A stretch of 64,000 bases of DNA from Candidatus Zixiibacteriota bacterium (GTDB lineage: Bacteria; Zixibacteria; MSB-5A5; GN15; JAAZOE01), in the NCBI GenBank assembly GCA_043819555.1, contig JBDREQ010000073.1:96001-160000 (forward strand), read 5' to 3'. This document shows positions 20,103-29,581 of the stretch, in pieces. The notes below the pieces were generated by a model that was not told the DNA's origin, searched no databases, and saw nothing but the letters and a program-made list of their open reading frames with translations. The number at the start of each line of letters is the position of its first letter. Position 1 is the stretch's first letter. The position numbers and the translations under genes are program-made.

Positions 20103-21960
20103 CTTTTCTGATAACAAATTTGCCAGACCGATAAAACAGCTGGATAGAAATCTTATAAATAAAATCGCAGCTGGAGAAGTAATTGAACGCCCGGCATCAG
20201 TTATCAAGGAAACGATTGAAAACTCACTTGACGCCGGAGCCACGTCGGTTGAAATAATTGCCGAAAAGGCCGGAACGACATATCTTGGCGTGATCGATGA
20301 CGGATGCGGAATCCCCTCGGCGCAGGTAAAACTGGCGTTCAGTCGTCATGCCACTTCCAAAATACAAACCACCGATGATTTATTCGCCGTAAATTCATAC
20401 GGATTCAGAGGAGAAGCGCTACCTTCTATTGCCTCGGTTGCGCATTTAAACCTGACGACTCGATTCTACAAAGAGAGCGAGGGAACATTTATTGCGATAG
20501 AAGGAGGCAGGGAAATCGATTGCCGACCTGTCTCGACGCCTATCGGGACAAAAATTGAAATTTCCCATTTATTTTTTAACACTCCCGCGCGAAGAAAGTT
20601 CTTAAAAAGCGAGACAACCGAATCGCGCCAGATCATCAGGGTTGTGGAACGTATGGCGTTGGGTAAACCTTCAGTGGCTATGAAGCTGACTCTCAATAAT
20701 CGGCTAACTTTTCAGGTTCCACAGAATCAACCGATTGCTGACAGAATGGCGAGTCTATTCAGTATCAAGCCGGATGGAATTGTAGAATACGATATTGAAA
20801 TGAGTGGAGTTTATTTTCTGGCATATTTGGCGCATCCGGATCATGCCAGGCAGGACCGCACCCGAATATGTTTATTCATAAACGGGCGTTCGGTTACGTC
20901 ATCAAGTTTGATACATGCGGTCACTTCGGGGTACGGTGAATTTTTGCCGCCCGGCCGATTTCCTCTGGCGGTTATTTATTTGACTATTGATCCATCGTGC
21001 CTGGACGTCAATGTCCACCCAACCAAGGCTGAAGTCAGATTATCTGAAGAACGAGCGATTCATGATAATTTGTATCGTATCGTAAAGAAGGCTTTGAGAG
21101 ACTGGCGTTTAATTCCCTCCAGCGATCATCAATCATATAATAATGCAATGAAAGGCGGCGCTTCCGCACCTCAGTTTCAACAGAATATGAATTTGCGGTC
21201 ATCGCGGCCGCTTTCTGAAACTCCATATTCTAAACAATACTTTAATCAACAAAGTATTTCAGGCACTCTAAACACATTTACCTCAGCCCCATTTTCGGAA
21301 CCGGTCGGATGTGATAATCGGGTTCCTCCGAATGATGAATCATCTGCTGTTACTTCACAAACTGCAGATGATGCAAAAGAAATAACATTGCATGATATTG
21401 TATATCTGGGGAAGGTAGGACGTCAATATCTGGTTCTTTCAATAGGGGGCGAGCTGTACATTGTTGATCAACATGCTGCCCATGAAAGAGTTTTATACGA
21501 ACATGCGCTCGAACAGGTAGAAAAGGGAAACGCTGCCTCGCAAAAATCATTATTTCCCGAAGCGGTCGAGCTCTCCTCCGAAGAATATATAACTTTCGAA
21601 ACCAATCAGGAAACTCTTACAAAACTTGGCTTTGAAATTGATGCCTTTGGCGGTAATTCTGTTGTTGTCCAGGGTATACCCCCGGTATTCAAAGATAAAA
21701 ATCCCGCAGAAATTATTAAAATATTGCTTGATGATATCAGCCATTTGAAAAAAGCAGGAGGCGATATAATCAAATCAATTGCCCAATCATTGGCCTGTCG
21801 GGCCGCCGTTATGGCCGGTGATAAATTATCAGAGGATGAAGTGCAATCTCTACTTTCATCGCTTTTAAGAGTCAATAATCCTTATTGTTGCCCTCACGGC
21901 CGCCCGACCTTTGTAAAAATAAGTCTGGACGAACTGGATAGCAGATTCGGACGGGCATAA
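20095..21960 (+). CDS. mutL: DNA mismatch repair endonuclease MutL
   Basis: IAAGEVIERP, GFRGEAL, DVNVHPTK; endonuclease motifs DQHAAHERVLYE and CPHGRP. Confidence 0.98.
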   Translation: MNDFSDNKFARPIKQLDRNLINKIAAGEVIERPASVIKETIENSLDAGATSVEIIAEKAGTTYLGVIDDGCGIPSAQVKLAFSRHATSKIQTTDDLFAVNSYGFRGEALPSIASVAHLNLTTRFYKESEGTFIAIEGGREIDCRPVSTPIGTKIEISHLFFNTPARRKFLKSETTESRQIIRVVERMALGKPSVAMKLTLNNRLTFQVPQNQPIADRMASLFSIKPDGIVEYDIEMSGVYFLAYLAHPDHARQDRTRICLFINGRSVTSSSLIHAVTSGYGEFLPPGRFPLAVIYLTIDPSCLDVNVHPTKAEVRLSEERAIHDNLYRIVKKALRDWRLIPSSDHQSYNNAMKGGASAPQFQQNMNLRSSRPLSETPYSKQYFNQQSISGTLNTFTSAPFSEPVGCDNRVPPNDESSAVTSQTADDAKEITLHDIVYLGKVGRQYLVLSIGGELYIVDQHAAHERVLYEHALEQVEKGNAASQKSLFPEAVELSSEEYITFETNQETLTKLGFEIDAFGGNSVVVQGIPPVFKDKNPAEIIKILLDDISHLKKAGGDIIKSIAQSLACRAAVMAGDKLSEDEVQSLLSSLLRVNNPYCCPHGRPTFVKISLDELDSRFGRA

Positions 21961-21961
21961 A

Positions 21962-22912
21962 ATGAATCAATCCATAGATAAAATAAATATCTTGATTATT
22001 GGGGGGCCGACCGCATCGGGGAAATCGTCGCTGGCCATAAATATCGCGAAAAAGTACGATGCCGAGATAATTTCCGCCGATTCCCGCCAGATTTATCATC
22101 AATTAAAAATTGGAACCGACAGGATGGATGAGACTGAATGGGGTGGAATAAAACACCATCTTATGGGTTCTCATAATCTTGGCGATAAATTCACTGCCTT
22201 CGATTTTTTGATTGAATCAGAAAAAATTATTAGCAATCTATCCGCGGTTAATAAAAAGGTTATCGTTTGTGGCGGGACGGGACTGTATCTTCGAGCCTTA
22301 ACTGAAGGAATTATCGAATTACCCGATCATGACACTTCATATCGGAACGAGCTTCTTGATATCGCCGCGGCAAGAGGCCCAAAATTTATTCATGAGATGC
22401 TTGAAAAAGTTGATCCTGAAGAAGCTGCAAAAATTCATTTTAATAATATGATACGAGTTATTCGAGCGCTCGAAATTTATAATCTGATCGGGCGGCCAAA
22501 AAGTGAGGTCATAAACGAAACTGTTCCGAGAAATGAGAAATTTAATTTTATGCAAATTTATTTGGTCCCTGAGCGCGATCAACTATATGAACGAATAAAT
22601 AGTCGCGTCGACAAAATGTTTGAGCAGGGTTTACTGATAGAGGCTGAGAGTATATTCAAATCTCCCTTAGAGGGAAAGTTAAAATTATGTAAGATAGTTG
22701 GTTACACGGAATTGATTGCATATTTTGAGAATCACATATCATTAACCGAAGCCCAGAATTTAATTAAGCAAAATACGAGACGATACGCCAAAAGACAATA
22801 TACCTGGTTTGGAAATACCACTGGAGCGCAGTTTGTACCAAAGTTTGGGAGCGAAGCAGAAGCATTGGCATCTTGCTTGGAACAAATTAATGGATTTTGG
22901 CATAAATCTTAG
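21962..22912 (+). CDS. miaA: tRNA dimethylallyltransferase
   Basis: GPTASGKS, DSRQIY, GGTGLY, YAKRQYTW. Confidence 0.97.
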   Translation: MNQSIDKINILIIGGPTASGKSSLAINIAKKYDAEIISADSRQIYHQLKIGTDRMDETEWGGIKHHLMGSHNLGDKFTAFDFLIESEKIISNLSAVNKKVIVCGGTGLYLRALTEGIIELPDHDTSYRNELLDIAAARGPKFIHEMLEKVDPEEAAKIHFNNMIRVIRALEIYNLIGRPKSEVINETVPRNEKFNFMQIYLVPERDQLYERINSRVDKMFEQGLLIEAESIFKSPLEGKLKLCKIVGYTELIAYFENHISLTEAQNLIKQNTRRYAKRQYTWFGNTTGAQFVPKFGSEAEALASCLEQINGFWHKS

Positions 22913-22925
22913 AAAGATAAAAAAC

Positions 22926-22965
22926 TTGACACAAATTCTGAGTTTGCATATATATCAACAAGTTA
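22926..22965 (+). promoter_or_regulatory. sigma70-type promoter with overlapping IHF consensus site
   Basis: TTGACA-N17-TATATA; TATCAACAAGTTA at 22953-22965 matches WATCAANNNNTTR. Confidence 0.5.
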
Positions 22966-23043
22966 CAGGGAATATACAATAAAGCGACAAGGATGTCGTA
23001 CCGATAATAAGTTTAGATAAACCTTAAAGCGACAGGGATAACA

Positions 23044-25062
23044 TTGAAGTTTTCAAATTGTTTTTTATTTATTGCATTGAGTCTATGCCAATCAGTCATT
23101 GCCAGCAATCAGACTGACTTCAAGCAAAGTACTATAATTTACAAGGAATTATCAGACTCATCGAATAACATATATGAATCTGCGGATATGTCATATGATG
23201 AATCAGTTTTTTCCGATTCAGCCTACGCCGTTGATGACGAGATTTGGAGGCAGTTGCATCAGGCCCAGGAGTATTTTGCCCAGGGTGTTGCAGCCAATCA
23301 GGAGGCATCATGGGAAGAGGCGCAATATTACCTGGAGCAGGCTCTGAGAGTTATGTCGGATCTCGATATTGATACAGTTAATGTTACTCCGGAATCGAAA
23401 CGATACAGCTCGCTGCTTTCTCAAATAGTGGCTGATTATCGCTTGACATTGCTATCCTTGGGTTCGCTGCCTGAAGATGCTTCACCTTCAGCTTTTCTCG
23501 AGAAATTTTCGTCAATTCAGGATTTAGGCGAACTTAAAGTAGAGGGTGAGAAAAAGCCGGTTACATATAATGTGCCGATGGTTTTAAATGACAGGGTCAA
23601 GAAATCAATAATATATTTTCAGACTGTTGCCCGGGAAGCATTTGAAAAATATTTGGAGCGCTCGGGGAAATACATCCCTCTCATGACTGAGATTTTGGAA
23701 CAACATGGTATTCCTTCCGATATTGTATACTTGCCGATAATTGAATCTGGATTTAATTGCAAAGCTTATTCCTGGGCACGAGCCAGCGGTCCCTGGCAGT
23801 TTATCGCTTCAACCGGCAGGACATATGGGTTAAATAGAAACTGGTGGTATGATGAAAGACGGGATTTTGTCAAATCTACTCATGCAGCGTCAAAATTTCT
23901 GAAACACTTATATGAAAAATTCGGAAGCTGGGAGCTTGCTCTCGCGGCCTATAATGGCGGACCGGGAAGAGTAAACCGGACTATTAAGTCGCAAAAAACA
24001 AGCAATTTCTGGGACATGAAGCTTCGCAAGCAAACTGAAGATTATGTTCCATTTTATATGGCCGCCACGATTATTGCAAAAAACCCTGAGCTTTATGGTT
24101 TTTATGTCAATTATGATGACCCGATAACTTATGATGAGGTTGTCATTAAAAAATGTCTGGATCTCAAGACAGTTGCCAAAGCAATCGGAGTATCAAAAGA
24201 AACGCTCGTGGAGTTAAATCCTGAATTATTACGGGAAGTTACTCCACCCGGCAAATCAAAATATAACTTACGACTTCCCGCTGGAACCAAGGACAGGTTT
24301 TTGACCAGTTTACCCCAATTGAAATCGCCTCAGGAGACGGAATGGGTTCGCCATAAGATAAAAAGAGGGGAAACGGTTTCAAGTATCGCGAGCAAATATG
24401 GGGTATCACAGTATGCCATCTTCGAAGCGAATAATCTGAACAGGCATGCCCGGATTTATGCCGGTAAATCGCTTATTGTGCCGGTCCCGCTGGACGGAAA
24501 TTATTCATCGGATGGAATGACCCAAAATAGACAGGCGACGGGAGAGAATACATATATAGTCAAAAGGGGCGATAATTTGTGGGAGATTTCTCGGTCCTTT
24601 GATACGTCTCCGGAAAAATTGCGGAAGCTGAATTATCTTGGTAATTCAAGCCGAATTTATGTCGGTCAAGTATTAAAGTTGCCGGGTTCCAATAAATCCA
24701 CGATAGCCAGGCAGGATAGGGATTTTGATCATAAACCGGCGGGTAATACGAAAGTGTATGTCGTCAAGAGGGGCGATACTCTCTGGGATATTGCCCGTAA
24801 ATATGGTACGACAACGGCGACTCTAAGACGTCTAAATGGTCTTAACCGATCTTCGCGGATATATGCAGGGCAAGAATTATTGGTAAGCTCCGAGGATGCT
24901 TTATCTGAAGGCGATTATTATGTTTATACCGTTCGCCGGGGAGACAATCTCTCGATCATTGCCAAAGCATTTGGAACAACAGTCAACTCGCTGATACGTT
25001 TAAATAATATCAAAAATGCCTCCCAACTGTCAATTGGAACTAAACTAAAGATTTCGAAATAA
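23044..25062 (+). CDS. mltD: Lytic murein transglycosylase (MltD-like) with four LysM domains
   Basis: SLT motifs IESGF, ASGPWQF and LALAAYNGG; four LysM repeats (IKRGET, VKRGDN, VKRGDT, VRRGDN). Confidence 0.92.
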   Translation: MKFSNCFLFIALSLCQSVIASNQTDFKQSTIIYKELSDSSNNIYESADMSYDESVFSDSAYAVDDEIWRQLHQAQEYFAQGVAANQEASWEEAQYYLEQALRVMSDLDIDTVNVTPESKRYSSLLSQIVADYRLTLLSLGSLPEDASPSAFLEKFSSIQDLGELKVEGEKKPVTYNVPMVLNDRVKKSIIYFQTVAREAFEKYLERSGKYIPLMTEILEQHGIPSDIVYLPIIESGFNCKAYSWARASGPWQFIASTGRTYGLNRNWWYDERRDFVKSTHAASKFLKHLYEKFGSWELALAAYNGGPGRVNRTIKSQKTSNFWDMKLRKQTEDYVPFYMAATIIAKNPELYGFYVNYDDPITYDEVVIKKCLDLKTVAKAIGVSKETLVELNPELLREVTPPGKSKYNLRLPAGTKDRFLTSLPQLKSPQETEWVRHKIKRGETVSSIASKYGVSQYAIFEANNLNRHARIYAGKSLIVPVPLDGNYSSDGMTQNRQATGENTYIVKRGDNLWEISRSFDTSPEKLRKLNYLGNSSRIYVGQVLKLPGSNKSTIARQDRDFDHKPAGNTKVYVVKRGDTLWDIARKYGTTTATLRRLNGLNRSSRIYAGQELLVSSEDALSEGDYYVYTVRRGDNLSIIAKAFGTTVNSLIRLNNIKNASQLSIGTKLKISK

Positions 25063-25072
25063 GGCAGAACTG

Positions 25073-25975
25073 ATGAAAAGAAAAACAGTCGTTATTACGG
25101 TAATCATCTTATCATGTGTTGTATTTTTCGGATTCATTGGCGTGATGATTGTCGTCAGCCTTATGGGCAATGTGGATGATGGCATTTATTCGGGTTTTTC
25201 AGGTTTTGGACCTAACGTAGCGGTCGTGGAAATTTATGGCGCCGTATATGATTCCCGCAGTTTTGTCCGGCAGATAGTAAGATGGACGGATGATAATTCT
25301 GTTAAGGCAATTGTCCTCGATATTAATTCACCGGGAGGGGCTTCGGTTTCGTTTCAGGAGATGTATGACGCCGTAATAAAGGCCAGAGAATCGGGGAAAA
25401 TAGTCGTGGCCAGCCTGGGCACGGTCGCCGCCTCGGGGGGATATTATGTCGCCTGCGCCGCTGACAAAATAGTAGCTAATCCAAGCACTATAACCGGCTC
25501 AATTGGAGTTATCATGTCGTTTCCTACTGCCAAAAAACTGTTTGACAAAATTGGCCTAAAGTGGGAAACAATTAAATCGGGGGATCTCAAAGATGTTGGA
25601 ACGATGGACCGAGATATGACTCCCGAAGAAGAACGGATGTTGCAGGCCGTTATTGATGATACATATGAGCAGTTTATTGAAGCGATAGCGGAAGGCCGAA
25701 ATCGAGACAAAGAAGAAATTTACCCTTTTGCGGACGGTTCCATTTTTACCGGCCGGCAGGCTTATAACATGGGGTTAGTTGATACTTTAGGGACCTATTA
25801 CGATGCTCTTGATATCGCCGGTGAGCTTTCAGGAATCGGTTCCAAGCCGGATATTGTCAGAGAGAGTAAAAGGAAACCCGGGTTTTTTGATATTTTAAAT
25901 CAATCGCTTAATCTTTTGGAGAGGATTTCCAATATTGAAAACAATCAACAGGGCCTATTGTATCAATATCAATGA
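25073..25975 (+). CDS. sppA: Signal peptide peptidase SppA (36K type, S49)
   Basis: INSPGG, AASGGYY, TGSIGV, KSGDLKD, FTGRQA. Confidence 0.93.
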   Translation: MKRKTVVITVIILSCVVFFGFIGVMIVVSLMGNVDDGIYSGFSGFGPNVAVVEIYGAVYDSRSFVRQIVRWTDDNSVKAIVLDINSPGGASVSFQEMYDAVIKARESGKIVVASLGTVAASGGYYVACAADKIVANPSTITGSIGVIMSFPTAKKLFDKIGLKWETIKSGDLKDVGTMDRDMTPEEERMLQAVIDDTYEQFIEAIAEGRNRDKEEIYPFADGSIFTGRQAYNMGLVDTLGTYYDALDIAGELSGIGSKPDIVRESKRKPGFFDILNQSLNLLERISNIENNQQGLLYQYQ

Positions 25976-26048
25976 ATTCTGGGCGAATAATGGTTTATGA
26001 CGCCGATATTTAAGGCATGATTACTTTGAAAAATAATTTAAAAAAAGG

Positions 26049-26077
26049 TTGCGTAACATATTGGAAATTATTATGTT
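26049..26077 (+). promoter_or_regulatory. sigma70-type promoter of HU/IHF-bS22
   Basis: TTGCGT-N17-TATGTT. Confidence 0.45.
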
Positions 26078-26119
26078 TCGTAACTCGATAAACGATAATG
26101 TTTTTTGGAGGAGGACGAG

Positions 26120-26404
26120 ATGACCAAGGCGGATCTGGTCGAAAGGGTTGCAGAAAAGACCGGGCTGACTAGAACTGACGTAGCCGTGGTGGTCGATAAT
26201 TTCTTGGCAACTGTTAAGAAATCGCTGGAAGCGGGACACAACATTGAGATTCGTGGGTTTGGGACGTTTAAGATTAAACTTAGGAAGGCACGCAAGGCGA
26301 GAAACCCTCGCACTGGTGAAGTAGTCCCGGTGCCCGACCGTAAAGTACCGGTATTTAAGCCTTCCAATGAATTTAAGAGCATGATTACCAAACTGCCGAT
26401 ATAA
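26120..26404 (+). CDS. HU/IHF family DNA-binding protein (IHF-beta-like)
   Basis: MTKADL, IEIRGFGTF, ARNPRTGE, PVFKPS; GGAGGAGG RBS. Confidence 0.95.
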   Translation: MTKADLVERVAEKTGLTRTDVAVVVDNFLATVKKSLEAGHNIEIRGFGTFKIKLRKARKARNPRTGEVVPVPDRKVPVFKPSNEFKSMITKLPI

Positions 26405-26440
26405 TTTTGACGCGGTTATCAGGTTATCACAGGAGGATTA

Positions 26441-26536
26441 ATGCCAAGCGGAAAGAAACGAAAACGCCAGAAAATTAAAACGCATAAGAGGAAAAAACGT
26501 AGAAGGCGCGACCGTCACAAAAAGAAGAAAGTCTGA
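26441..26536 (+). CDS. Small basic ribosomal protein bS22 (AURKAIP1/COX24, mS38-like), missing from the ORF track
   Basis: AGGAGG RBS, then MPSGKKRKRQKIKTHKRKKRRRRDRHKKKKV*; followed by a terminator. Confidence 0.88.
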   Translation: MPSGKKRKRQKIKTHKRKKRRRRDRHKKKKV

Positions 26537-26566
26537 TACTAAGCCGCGAATTATTCTGTAAATATC

Positions 26567-26601
26567 CAGGGGGCAGAACTTATTGTTCTGTCCCTGTTTT
26601 T
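26567..26601 (+). terminator. Intrinsic terminator after bS22
   Basis: CAGGGGGCAGAAC-TTATT-GTTCTGTCCCTG followed by TTTTT. Confidence 0.8.
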
Positions 26602-26739
26602 GTTCGATATTTTAATACCAAATGGGAATATTTTTTTAAAAATGCAAATGACATAAAATTCAAAAAACAGAAATCTTGAATTTTAAAATAATCCTCAAAT
26701 TCATCTTTGGTTTTTTTTGTCTTTTTTAACTAAAATTAG

Positions 26740-26767
26740 GCAACCGTTTTATGTATACATTCGTCTA
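26740..26767 (+). promoter_or_regulatory. ECF sigma-type promoter
   Basis: GCAACC-N16-CGTCTA (AAC/CGT pattern) 40 nt upstream of ATG 26807. Confidence 0.55.
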
Positions 26768-26806
26768 ATTATCAGAGAATACAATAACTTAAGAAGCGAG
26801 GTTTCT

Positions 26807-28060
26807 ATGAGAATAAGGATATTAAAGCTTTGCCTGATTTTTGTGATTGTGGTTTTTTTGACGGTGCCGACTACTGCTGAGAAGGGTCGCATCTATGGAA
26901 AAATCTATACCGATGCCGGCGATGTCCTTGAGGGGCCAATCCGCTGGGATGTAAATGAATCATCATGGGATGATATGATTGATGGCAACAAAAAGCATGA
27001 AAAAAAGAAATCCGACAGTAATCAGCGCAAAAAGTACAGGGACAGACGCTCCTCTTCGAGAGTCAAACTATTTGGTATAACAATCGGCGAAACTGACATT
27101 TTTTATTCGTCGTCCTCCCAGATGGCGTTACCTTTTGGATTTATAAAAAAACTTACTCCAATAGCCGATAATGGTGCTGAATTGATATTGCAGAATGGAG
27201 AAGAAGTTGGTATTGAGGGGAGTTCCACCGATTTGGGTACGGGAATACGGGAAATCGTAATTGAAACTTCTGATGAGGGCCTCCTTGAGCTTGATTGGTA
27301 TGATATTGATTATATTGAATTTATGGACGGTGGGGATGTGGAATCTGATTTTGGAGAAAAAATTTACGGTACCGTAACCTCCGATCGAATTGGCGAATTT
27401 ACCGGCTGGATCGTCTGGGATGTCGATGAATCTTTTACCAATGATATAATAGACGGCAGTGATCGGAGAAGAAAGCGAAAAATCAAATTCGGCCAAATCA
27501 CATCAATTGAGAAAATATCATCACAGGCTTCTGAAATAACAACCAAAGAAGGCACGGCGATGCGTCTGGATGATTCAAATGATGTTGACAGTGGTAACCG
27601 TGGAATCGCAATTGCCGATAAGAATCTTGGTCGAATCACTGTTGAATGGAATGAATTTGAAAGACTGGATATAAAAACGCCACCGGAAGACGCTTTTTCC
27701 AGTTACAGCGACTATGCCAATTATGGCCGGCTCTCCGGGACTGTTTATGATGAAGACGGCAACGAGTACTCTGGTTATATTAAGTGGGACGACGACGAAG
27801 AATACGGGTGGGAAGTCATAGATGGAAATTATCGAGATGTTGAATTTGATATTGTCATGAGAAATATCAAATCAATTGAAAAACTTTCTCGCAGCGGGAG
27901 CCGAGTCACATTGTGGGATGGCCGCAGCTTCAAATTGCGCGGATCGAACGATGTTGATGATGATAATAAGGGTATCTTCATTTATCCCAAGGATGACGAG
28001 GATGATGAAATTATTATCGAGTGGGAAGATTTTTCAAGAATTGAATTTGAGAAACAGTGA
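26807..28060 (+). CDS. Secreted acidic protein with three internal repeats, function unknown
   Basis: GAGG RBS, signal peptide, three copies of G.(I/V)......G.I.WD..E......IDG. Confidence 0.8.
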   Translation: MRIRILKLCLIFVIVVFLTVPTTAEKGRIYGKIYTDAGDVLEGPIRWDVNESSWDDMIDGNKKHEKKKSDSNQRKKYRDRRSSSRVKLFGITIGETDIFYSSSSQMALPFGFIKKLTPIADNGAELILQNGEEVGIEGSSTDLGTGIREIVIETSDEGLLELDWYDIDYIEFMDGGDVESDFGEKIYGTVTSDRIGEFTGWIVWDVDESFTNDIIDGSDRRRKRKIKFGQITSIEKISSQASEITTKEGTAMRLDDSNDVDSGNRGIAIADKNLGRITVEWNEFERLDIKTPPEDAFSSYSDYANYGRLSGTVYDEDGNEYSGYIKWDDDEEYGWEVIDGNYRDVEFDIVMRNIKSIEKLSRSGSRVTLWDGRSFKLRGSNDVDDDNKGIFIYPKDDEDDEIIIEWEDFSRIEFEKQ

Positions 28061-28077
28061 AAATTTATATATAAAAT

Positions 28078-28108
28078 AAAAAAGCCCCGATCGTTTCGGG
28101 GCTTTTTT
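28078..28108. terminator. Bidirectional intrinsic terminator
   Basis: AAAAAAGCCCCGA-TCGTT-TCGGGGCTTTTTT between convergent genes. Confidence 0.9.
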
Positions 28109-28128
28109 ATTTTAAGTAATTTCAACAC

Positions 28129-29052
28129 TTATTCGTTCATTTCCTTTGCTTCCCTGGCTTCTTTCAATTGCTTGATTTGCTCCTCGGCATTGGCAACTTG
28201 TTTTCTCGCCTTGGGATTTTTGAGACCAATTTTTAAAAAGCCTTCCCAGGCGGCAATTGCCGCATCGAAATCTTCGGGATCATTCCCCCGAACCGCTACT
28301 GCCAGGTTATAAGCGGTTTTATAATCTTTAGGTTTAAGTTTCATGGCTCGGTTATAATAAGTTATTGCTTCGGAATAGCGTTCTCTCTCACGGTAGAGAT
28401 TTGCCAGATTTCTTATAGACTCAAAATGTTTAGAATTCAACTCTATTGCGATTTTGTAATTTTCGATAGATTTATTGATATTATTTGTCTTTTTATAGGC
28501 CGCCGCCAGCAGATAAAAAGCATAGTAGTCTTTTGCGTCAAGTTTTATAAATTTCTCCAGGGATGTAATGGCCTTATCGAATTCATTATCCGAATAATAT
28601 AGTTTACCCAGTTCCTTATTTGCTTCGGCATAGGAACCATCGGCCGCCAAAGCGCCCTCAAAGGCGGCAATAGCGTCGGTATTCTTCTTTTGAGCTACCA
28701 GAACTTTTCCGTAATTAGAAAATCCGACAGGATCATTAGGTGTCATTTCAGTTACTCTTTTAAAGTTCGTCGCCGCTTCACTATATTTTTTTTGAGCAAA
28801 ATAAATCGATCCAAGATTCAGGTAAGCGTTGGCAAAATTCGGATCGGCTGCAATGGCAACATCATATAATATAATTGCTTGAGCCGTATCGCCGGTTTTC
28901 ATTGATTCTATGGCCGTATTAAAACTCTCTTTGGCCTGAATTGTTTTTTCATCATCAGCTTCCTGGGCTAAAACGGCCACGGATGATATCAGGGTGATCA
29001 CCAAACCCACACATAAAGCTTTGAGTAATGGTTTTGTCGCGAAGTACTTCAT
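28129..29052 (-). CDS. Secreted TPR-repeat protein
   Basis: Signal peptide, about seven TPRs (AYLNLGSIY, SIRNLANLY, TAYNLAV); AGGAG RBS before ATG 29052. Confidence 0.85.
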   Translation of the reverse strand: MKYFATKPLLKALCVGLVITLISSVAVLAQEADDEKTIQAKESFNTAIESMKTGDTAQAIILYDVAIAADPNFANAYLNLGSIYFAQKKYSEAATNFKRVTEMTPNDPVGFSNYGKVLVAQKKNTDAIAAFEGALAADGSYAEANKELGKLYYSDNEFDKAITSLEKFIKLDAKDYYAFYLLAAAYKKTNNINKSIENYKIAIELNSKHFESIRNLANLYRERERYSEAITYYNRAMKLKPKDYKTAYNLAVAVRGNDPEDFDAAIAAWEGFLKIGLKNPKARKQVANAEEQIKQLKEAREAKEMNE

Positions 29053-29125
29053 AATTTCTCCTAACAGTTTGTTATCGAATGCCATCTACTTATATACAAT
29101 ATTAGACGAAAATATCCCAAAAAAA

Positions 29126-29575
29126 TCAAAGAGATTGCCGGTAATCAGTATGTTTTGCGGCTATTTTTTCGTCTGAAAGTCCTAATATTCGAGCCGCCAA
29201 AACAGCGCTGTTTTTGGCTCCCGCTTTTCCAATCGCCACCGTCGCGACCGGTATTCCCGGAGGCATTTGAATCATGGACAAAGCCGAATCCATGCCTCCC
29301 AATGATGCGGCCACGGGCACTCCGATTACCGGAAGATTAGTATTGGCCGCAACAACGCCAGGCAGGTGCGCCGCCATCCCGGCCATACATATTACCACCT
29401 TAAAACCTGCGTCGGCCGCACCGCGGGCCAGTGAAATTGTTTTATCAGGATGCCGATGAGCGGAGGAAATTTCAAGCCTATAACCGATTGATAATTCCTC
29501 CAGCATACCAATGGCGGCATCGGCTATATCCCGATCCGATTTAGAACCAATTATTATTAGTACATCTTTGTTCAT
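29126..29575 (-). CDS. purE: N5-carboxyaminoimidazole ribonucleotide mutase
   Basis: GSKSD, SAHR, AGMAAHLPG, PVIGVP, QMPPGIPVATV. Confidence 0.97.
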   Translation of the reverse strand: MNKDVLIIIGSKSDRDIADAAIGMLEELSIGYRLEISSAHRHPDKTISLARGAADAGFKVVICMAGMAAHLPGVVAANTNLPVIGVPVAASLGGMDSALSMIQMPPGIPVATVAIGKAGAKNSAVLAARILGLSDEKIAAKHTDYRQSL

Positions 29576-29581
29576 CTTCGT

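Noticed and set aside
22866..22881. TGGCAT-CTTGC-TTGG as a sigma54 promoter for mltD
   Set aside because: It lies inside miaA, the -12 reads GG not GC, and the IHF site is on the wrong side.
26717..26806. N-terminal extensions in the ORF track (also at 16424, 29085, 31074, 43209, 49777, 56340)
   Set aside because: Downstream ATGs have an RBS, a signal peptide or the family-typical N-terminus; the extensions overlap promoters or upstream genes.
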